From: an uncultured Candidatus Marinamargulisbacteria bacterium
GTDB lineage: Bacteria > Margulisbacteria > Riflemargulisbacteria > GWF2-35-9
DNA: 64,000 nt
Direction: 5' to 3'
Assembly: GCA_903910705.1 (NCBI GenBank)
Contig: CAIWAN010000053.1
Coordinates: 20,917 to 84,916 of the forward strand
How positions within the stretch are numbered: the stretch's first letter is position 1; each line of letters starts with the position of its first letter. Made by a program: the position numbers and the translations under genes. The notes beneath the pieces are model-generated. The model was given only the letters and a program-made list of their open reading frames with translations. It made no database searches and had not been told where the DNA came from. This document shows, piece by piece, positions 58,637 through 64,000 of this stretch.

Positions 58637-58936
58637 TTATTCAGCAGCCTTTTCGGGGGTTTCTTCCTCGCAGCAACTGCCTTCGCAGCAGCCTGTTTTT
58701 TTGACTTTTTTCGTCACGGTATCCACGATCTCTTCGACGGTGTCTTTTGCCTTTTCAGCCATCACTTTTGCTTTTTCGGTGGTCTCTTTAAATTTTACTT
58801 CGGAATCCTTCAAAACTTTTTTGACATCTTCACGGGTTTCTTTGCCTGTTTTGGGTGCAAACAATAGCCCCGCAATACCGCCAATGATCGCTCCGATAAC
58901 AAGTCCTAAACCATTACTCTGTTTCTTGTCGCTCAT
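58637..58936 (-). CDS. YtxH-like (DUF948) small protein with a Cys-rich C-terminal tail.
   Basis: 'GLVIGAIIGGIAGLLFAPKTGKETRED' is typical of YtxH. The C-terminus reads 'GCCEGSCCEEETPEKAAE'. Confidence 0.55.
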   Translation of the reverse strand: MSDKKQSNGLGLVIGAIIGGIAGLLFAPKTGKETREDVKKVLKDSEVKFKETTEKAKVMAEKAKDTVEEIVDTVTKKVKKTGCCEGSCCEEETPEKAAE

Positions 58937-59022
58937 GATGAACCCCTTTCAAAAATTGATGGTGAAATTGTATGCTTCGACGGGAGCAAAGTCAAATAGG
59001 AAATGATTGAGAGGCACGATCG

Positions 59023-59403
59023 TTATCCTAGTTGGGCTTTCAGTTCGATCAGTAAGTCAATTCGGTTTTTGACTCGCTCCATGATGTCTGGTGTGAAGTA
59101 TTCATCCAATTTTCGATTTTTGATCTCGTTAGAAAACTCATTATATGCATCCCTGATGTCCATTCCATTCCAAATTTGACCGGAGATATAATTTAGCGCG
59201 ATAGTAGTCAAATCGTAGTCGTGATCTTCTTTTGTTAGGAGTTCGTAAAGGAGCCCAGCTGGTTTCGGGATGTCAGCGCCATTTTCAATATTATTTATTA
59301 TGTCAAAATCAACGCCTAAAAAGAAAAGAGTATAATAGTTGTTTTGTTTTTGTTGGTTTGAGTTTTGCTGTGTATTCACGCTGACAATCTTATACATAAA
59401 CAC
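59023..59403 (-). CDS. Hypothetical protein (126 aa) in an AT-rich stretch.
   Basis: ORF only; Asn/Gln-rich N-terminus. Confidence 0.3.
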   Translation of the reverse strand: MFMYKIVSVNTQQNSNQQKQNNYYTLFFLGVDFDIINNIENGADIPKPAGLLYELLTKEDHDYDLTTIALNYISGQIWNGMDIRDAYNEFSNEIKNRKLDEYFTPDIMERVKNRIDLLIELKAQLG

Positions 59404-59469
59404 CCTTCCCTCATTTGTTCTGATAATAATATCTCGGTCAAGATTGGGGAAAATCCCAAAAAACTACGG

Positions 59470-60156
59470 ATGAAATTGCGCTACAATACTCCCATGATTC
59501 TCTATCATGCATTCTGGCAGATACTAACGTGGTTTCGAGAGGCATTATTTGTCGTGTTTCGGCCTCGATATTGGCGGCTGTTCTTGGCCTTCCAGTTTGA
59601 ATATTTCTTGCATTCGTCCTATTACTATGTGGATAAAAATCCCGACGAAAACGATGTGTTCGGGTACACCCCTTTTTTTACAGCGGCCCGAATATTAAAA
59701 AAGATCGAACACTGGCAGGGGCGATCCTTGCGGGGTGAGCGGATGCTTGATCTGGGTAGCGGAGATGGCCGATTTTTGCTGACGGGGGCGGTGGGGTTTG
59801 GTCTGGTGGGTTTGGGGATGGAGCTGAATGAACGACTTGTCGCCAAATGTCAGGCGATCACCCATTATATTAAGTGCAACGCCGAATTTTTCGACGATGA
59901 CTTTATGAAAGGGTCATGGATCGGTTATGAGGTCATCTTTGTAGCATGGACAACCTTTACGCCCTCACGGGTAAAGGCGATCACCGACAAGGCCGTCGAA
60001 GAGATGGTACCCGGCGCTTGGCTTGTCACGCTTTCAGAGCCAGCCGAGCACGACGCCCTGACTGTTATTGACTCATTTTCGGCATGGTTCTCATGGGGCC
60101 TGAGCAGGGTTTATGTGCAGCGACGCTATTGTCGTGAAAAACAATCAGATATATAG
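59470..60156 (+). CDS. Class I SAM-dependent methyltransferase. Start chosen at the internal ATG to avoid overlap with the upstream gene.
   Basis: Motif I 'MLDLGSGDGRFLL'. 59365 would be the longest possible start. Confidence 0.5.
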   Translation: MKLRYNTPMILYHAFWQILTWFREALFVVFRPRYWRLFLAFQFEYFLHSSYYYVDKNPDENDVFGYTPFFTAARILKKIEHWQGRSLRGERMLDLGSGDGRFLLTGAVGFGLVGLGMELNERLVAKCQAITHYIKCNAEFFDDDFMKGSWIGYEVIFVAWTTFTPSRVKAITDKAVEEMVPGAWLVTLSEPAEHDALTVIDSFSAWFSWGLSRVYVQRRYCREKQSDI

Positions 60157-60167
60157 TTATATCTACC

Positions 60168-60584
60168 ATGACACTTGATTTATCATCGTTTGAAAAAGCC
60201 CTTCAATCTCTTTTAGATTCGATTGATATTTACTCGTCGGGTCTTGTTCCCATCGGGTCATCAGCAGAGAAACTTTTTCGAGATGGGATCATTCAACGAT
60301 TTGAGTATACCTTTGAGCTGTCTTGGAAGATGCTTAAGCGATATTTTGAGATGTATGGTCTTGAAAAAGTTGATACGTTTACCAATAAACAGTTTTTTCG
60401 ACTTGCCTTCGAGCAAGGCCTCATTAAAAATGCAGAAGTATGGATGGGCTATCTTCAACGTCGAAACCTCACAAGTCACGTTTATGACGAGGAAGTCGCC
60501 CGTAAGGTATATAGCACGGTGAATGATTTTTATCTCGATGCAAAAGTGTTGCTTGCAAATCTGAGAACCCAGATCAGTGCTTGA
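60168..60584 (+). CDS. Nucleotidyltransferase substrate-binding protein of the HI0074 family (HepT-like toxin-antitoxin component).
   Basis: 'IQRFEYTFELSWKMLKRYFEMYGL' is the conserved family motif. It overlaps the partner gene by 8 nt. Confidence 0.65.
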   Translation: MTLDLSSFEKALQSLLDSIDIYSSGLVPIGSSAEKLFRDGIIQRFEYTFELSWKMLKRYFEMYGLEKVDTFTNKQFFRLAFEQGLIKNAEVWMGYLQRRNLTSHVYDEEVARKVYSTVNDFYLDAKVLLANLRTQISA

Positions 60585-60882
60585 TCTAAAACCGGATTAT
60601 TTATCCACTATAAAGCAAATTCTATCCCATCGCCTTCACGATGAACGGGTGTATATTTTTGGTTCGCGTGTAGACGGAAGAGCAAAACCGCACTCGGACA
60701 TCGATCTCATTATTGAATCGAGTTTGCCCCTCCCTGAAACCCTTATCCTCTCTCTTCGAAATGATTTTGAGGATTCCGATTTGCCACTTCGGGTCGATAT
60801 TCTCGATGGTGCCCAATTGACACCGAGTTTTCGCGCAATCGTCGATGCGAATAAAGTTGAGTTGCAGTACGCCAATCCGTAA
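60577..60882 (+). CDS. Minimal nucleotidyltransferase (MNT/HI0073-like).
   Basis: 'YIFGSRVDGRAKPHSDIDLIIE', the GS...D.D nucleotidyltransferase motif. Confidence 0.65.
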   Translation: MLDLKPDYLSTIKQILSHRLHDERVYIFGSRVDGRAKPHSDIDLIIESSLPLPETLILSLRNDFEDSDLPLRVDILDGAQLTPSFRAIVDANKVELQYANP

Positions 60883-61177
60883 CGAGAATATTCAATCGAT
60901 TATTATAAACCACTAGGTTCTCATGATATATGTGCAGGGTTTACTTGCAGCGATGTCGGGATGTTTGACTTAGGGAGTGCCTTTTAATCCATCCATTGCA
61001 ATAATCTTCTTATTCATCATAACCTCCAAAATAGTTGACTTTGTTTTTCTACCACAAATTCATCGTCAGCAATTTTTGAAAATCCCACGCAAAACCACCC
61101 ATGGATTCTGTTGCTTTGTGTGCCGAGGGCGTGAGTGTCTGTATTGACGTATGTATGTTTATATGGCAACATTTGAG

Positions 61178-61271
61178 TATGTATTTTGAGTGGGACTATA
61201 ATAAAGACGCCCAAAATCAAGAGAAGCATAATGTGTCTTTGCCGCCTATTGGCGAGAAGGAGCTAGTAAAT
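61178..61271 (+). pseudogene. Remnant of a BrnT (DUF497) toxin gene: only the N-terminal ~20 codons remain, in frame with brnA.
   Basis: 'MYFEWDYNKDAQNQEKHNVS' matches the BrnT N-terminal consensus FEWDxxKxxxNxxKHG. It then runs directly into the BrnA reading frame. Confidence 0.45.
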
Positions 61272-61532
61272 ATGAAAAAGCAAATGGTTTATGAAAAGGC
61301 CCCTGCCAGTATGTCTCAAGCAATTGAGGAATCACGAGTCATTAAAGATTTTCTGCCTTCCCCCGAAAAGCTTCTAGCCCATGAGAGTTCGGTGAAAGTG
61401 ACGCTATCGCTCAGCAAGGATAGTATCGACTTTTTTAAAGAAAAGGCCGTTGAAAATCACGTTCCTTATCAAAAAATGCTTCGAAAGGTCATCGACCTTT
61501 ATGTCGCGCTTCACATGAAAAACGTCAACTAA
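61272..61532 (+). CDS. BrnA-like antitoxin (ribbon-helix-helix).
   Basis: SD 'aaggag' 9 nt upstream of the ATG. 'VKVTLSLSKDSIDFFKEKAVENHVPYQKMLRKVIDLY' matches the BrnA family pattern. Confidence 0.55.
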   Translation: MKKQMVYEKAPASMSQAIEESRVIKDFLPSPEKLLAHESSVKVTLSLSKDSIDFFKEKAVENHVPYQKMLRKVIDLYVALHMKNVN

Positions 61533-61539
61533 TTTCGGT

Positions 61540-63129
61540 ATGCTGCATCGCCTTGATATTGGGAATTATCTCCTCATCGAAAAGACCACGATCCACTTCC
61601 AAGAAGGCTTCCATGTTTTGATCGGCGAATCGGGTGCGGGCAAAAGCTTGATCGTGAATGTGCTTTGCCTTCCGTTTGCCAAAAGTGTGGGGCCTGAGGT
61701 GATTGGCCGATGGGGTGCCGAGGCCATTATTCATGTTGAATTTGACGACGACCAAGGCGCTCACCGTCTTGATATTCGGATCGCCAAAACCAAGACGAGT
61801 TTTGTCCTCGACGACGAGCCTATTTTGCCCAAGGCGTTGAAGGCCTACTGGAGAACGATCCTCGATGTTCATTCCCAAAACGATTTTGACCTGTTGCGGG
61901 GCGACCAACTGACGGTGCTGGATCGGTTTATGACCCGCGATGAGGGGGCAGTCAAGGCGGCTTATGACGAAGTGTTCGAGGCGTTTCACAGCCTTGACGA
62001 AAAAATGTCAGAGCTTAAAAAGAAGATCCTTAGCCCAATGGAGCGCGATTATTATGGCTTCCAATTAAAAGAGATTGTCGCGGCCTCTTTGGCGCTCGGC
62101 GAGGACGACGATGGGTTGGCTCGGCTTCGCTTAGGTCGCGATCATGAAAAGTTCCAAGCCAAGATCGATGCGGTGAAGGAAAAAATGGACGATCTTAGCG
62201 ATGCCATAGCGGGGGCTGAGATGGCGTGGGATAGCCTTAAACGAATGGATGAGAATTTGGGCGGCGAGGATTATTTTAAGGCGATGATCCAAGCCACGTC
62301 GGATGCGACATGGGACTTGGCCAAACGGTACGATTCAGCCGAAATCCCTGATGCCAGAGAGCTCGCCGTTATCGAATCGCGATTAGAACTTATCGAAGAT
62401 CTGAAACGGAAATATAAGCGCCTCCTGCCAGAGCTGATCCAGTATCGAGACGAGCTTTCCTTGCAACTGGGTCGCCAAGACGAATATGAATTTGATCTTC
62501 ATACCCTCGATGTCGAGAAGACCGAAAAGCAAGCCCGCGTCCAAGCGATCGCGACTCAGCTGTCCGCCGTGAGACAAAACGTTGCGTCACGGCTCGTGCT
62601 TCAGCTGCAACAATACATGACGGGGTTAAAATTGCCTAAAGCTGAGTTCGTCCCCTCGTTTCAAACGAAAGCCCGACCCGATGCGTCTGGGCTTGATCGT
62701 TTCGAGTTTTTAGTTCGGGTGAATGTGGGCAGTGCGTTCCATGCGATTACTCGCTTGTCGGGGGGTGAAACGTCACGCATTATGCTCGCGATCAAAGCCG
62801 CTTTAATGGAGGCCTCCGCGATCCGAACCTATTGTTTTGACGAGATCGATGTGGGGGTGAGTGGGGATGTGGCGACACGAATGGCCGAGTTAATGGGAAA
62901 GATATCCCAGAAAAGACAAGTCATCGCGGTGACGCATCTTCCTATGGTGGCTGCTTTAGCGGATCATCTCTACAGTGTCGAGAAATCCTTTACCGATTCA
63001 CAGACCTCCTCTACGGTGCGCTTGATCAGCTCGGCCACTGACCGCGAAAATGTGCTCGGACGATTGTTGTCAGATCAGCCCAACGAGGCCACTACAGGGT
63101 TTGTTCGCTCGCTAAAAGAACACGCTTGA
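61540..63129 (+). CDS. recN: DNA repair protein RecN.
   Basis: 'MLHRLDIGNYLLIEKTTIHFQEGFHVLIGESGAGKSLIV', a coiled-coil middle region, and the C-terminal 'LSGGETSRIMLAIK'. Confidence 0.9.
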   Translation: MLHRLDIGNYLLIEKTTIHFQEGFHVLIGESGAGKSLIVNVLCLPFAKSVGPEVIGRWGAEAIIHVEFDDDQGAHRLDIRIAKTKTSFVLDDEPILPKALKAYWRTILDVHSQNDFDLLRGDQLTVLDRFMTRDEGAVKAAYDEVFEAFHSLDEKMSELKKKILSPMERDYYGFQLKEIVAASLALGEDDDGLARLRLGRDHEKFQAKIDAVKEKMDDLSDAIAGAEMAWDSLKRMDENLGGEDYFKAMIQATSDATWDLAKRYDSAEIPDARELAVIESRLELIEDLKRKYKRLLPELIQYRDELSLQLGRQDEYEFDLHTLDVEKTEKQARVQAIATQLSAVRQNVASRLVLQLQQYMTGLKLPKAEFVPSFQTKARPDASGLDRFEFLVRVNVGSAFHAITRLSGGETSRIMLAIKAALMEASAIRTYCFDEIDVGVSGDVATRMAELMGKISQKRQVIAVTHLPMVAALADHLYSVEKSFTDSQTSSTVRLISSATDRENVLGRLLSDQPNEATTGFVRSLKEHA

Positions 63130-63208
63130 TTATTTCTGAATTTCATTGACATCATCGTTCCCGAATCCCTACAATGAAGGAGTAAAAGGGGAAGGAGGGC
63201 GTACCCAT

Positions 63209-63712
63209 ATGCCAAACACAACGGAAAAATTGCCAGTCGTTCAGAGTAATTTAGACTTGGTCGGAGCCGATGAAGAAGTTTATCAACTGGTTACTTTTTT
63301 TCTGGGTGGCGAGGTTTATGGTATTGATATTTTGGCCGTTCAAGAAATTATTCGGATGCAAAATATTACGGACGTTCCACGGACTGCCGATTATGTCGAA
63401 GGGGTTATTAACCTTCGCGGAAAAGTGATCCCCATTATCGATCTGCGAAAGCGCTTTAATTTAGCCATCTCTGAAGAAACTAAAGATTCGCGAATTATCG
63501 TTGTCGAGATCCATCACAAGATCATTGGAATGATCGTTGATGGTGTGTCCAAAGTGATCCGACTGAATGCAAACTTAGTTGAACCCCCGTCGTTAATTGT
63601 GGGCGGAGCCGACTATAATTACATCAAAGGGGTGGGGCGATTGAGCGATCAACTGGTCATTCTTTTAGATATTGCCAAAATAAACGATGTGCCTGCGATG
63701 GTCGCAGTTTAG
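63209..63712 (+). CDS. cheW: Chemotaxis coupling protein CheW.
   Basis: 'YQLVTFFLGGEVYGIDILAVQEIIRM'. RBS 'gaaggaggg' upstream of the ATG at 63209. Confidence 0.85.
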   Translation: MPNTTEKLPVVQSNLDLVGADEEVYQLVTFFLGGEVYGIDILAVQEIIRMQNITDVPRTADYVEGVINLRGKVIPIIDLRKRFNLAISEETKDSRIIVVEIHHKIIGMIVDGVSKVIRLNANLVEPPSLIVGGADYNYIKGVGRLSDQLVILLDIAKINDVPAMVAV

Positions 63713-63732
63713 CTGGTCAGGGTAACTTTCTA

Positions 63733-64000
63733 GTGGCCATTGAAATAAATCTTCAGGATTTTATCGACGAAGCGGAGGATCAGATCCGGGTTCTCAATGA
63801 TGGTTTGCTTTCGCTTGAAAAAGACGAGAACAACGAAGAGATCATCAATGAGGTTTTTCGTGCAGCCCACACGCTTAAAGGCGGCTCTGGACTGGTTGGT
63901 TTTACGAAATTAACCGAGCTGACCCATCACCTCGAGAGTATATTTGATCTTATTCGAGACAAAAAATTGGCGCTGACATCAGCGCATCTGGATACCATGT
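63733..64000 (+). CDS. cheA: Chemotaxis histidine kinase CheA (N-terminal HPt domain; 3'-partial at the window end).
   Basis: 'FRAAHTLKGGSGLVGFTKLTELTHHLESIFD' is the HPt phospho-acceptor motif. GTG start, with no stop before the window ends. Confidence 0.7.
   Translation, partial: MAIEINLQDFIDEAEDQIRVLNDGLLSLEKDENNEEIINEVFRAAHTLKGGSGLVGFTKLTELTHHLESIFDLIRDKKLALTSAHLDTM

Overview
This is a bacterial chromosomal window of about 47% GC and it contains no rRNA genes or CRISPR arrays. Most of it is recognisable core genes. These include a pcrA/uvrD helicase, queE, glyS, and a truncated dcw cell-wall cluster in the order murE-murF-mraY-murD-ftsW-murG-murC-murB. Core genes also include glyQ, the rpsF-ssb-ssb-rpsR-rplI cluster, uvrC, envC-like and ctpA peptidase genes, clpB preceded by a CIRCE element, mltG, ruvX, alaS and recN. 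Rounding out the core set are the start of a cheW-cheA operon, two tRNAs (Phe-GAA and Thr-UGU), and a group-3 sigma factor paired with a PP2C phosphatase. The 5' end carries a very large secreted GH8 glycoside hydrolase (cut off by the window edge) with a T9SS-like C-terminal domain. An outer-membrane beta-barrel gene follows it. The most striking region is an AT-rich island at about 28.5-41.7 kb, with genes on the minus strand. Its core is a tightly packed array of seven co-directional genes (38004 down to 28527): an N-terminally truncated beta-class DNA methyltransferase fused to an unknown domain, an ABC-type (AAA_21-like) ATPase, a small PD-(D/E)xK-like protein, a 72-aa ORF, an SNF2 helicase, a 594-aa ORFan and a B12-binding radical SAM enzyme. 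Upstream sit an HExxH protein and a GH13 enzyme. The island lies between glyQ and a DUF4143 ATPase paralog, and it separates glyQ from glyS together with core genes. I propose the SNF2/ORFan/radical-SAM triad, together with the ATPase/nuclease pair and the methyltransferase fragment, as a candidate undescribed defence or DNA-modification system. A second small accessory patch at 59-61.5 kb carries a SAM methyltransferase, a HepT/MNT toxin-antitoxin pair, and a BrnT remnant next to an intact BrnA. Assignment to a lineage is uncertain; the T9SS-type C-terminal domain hints at an FCB-group-related organism.
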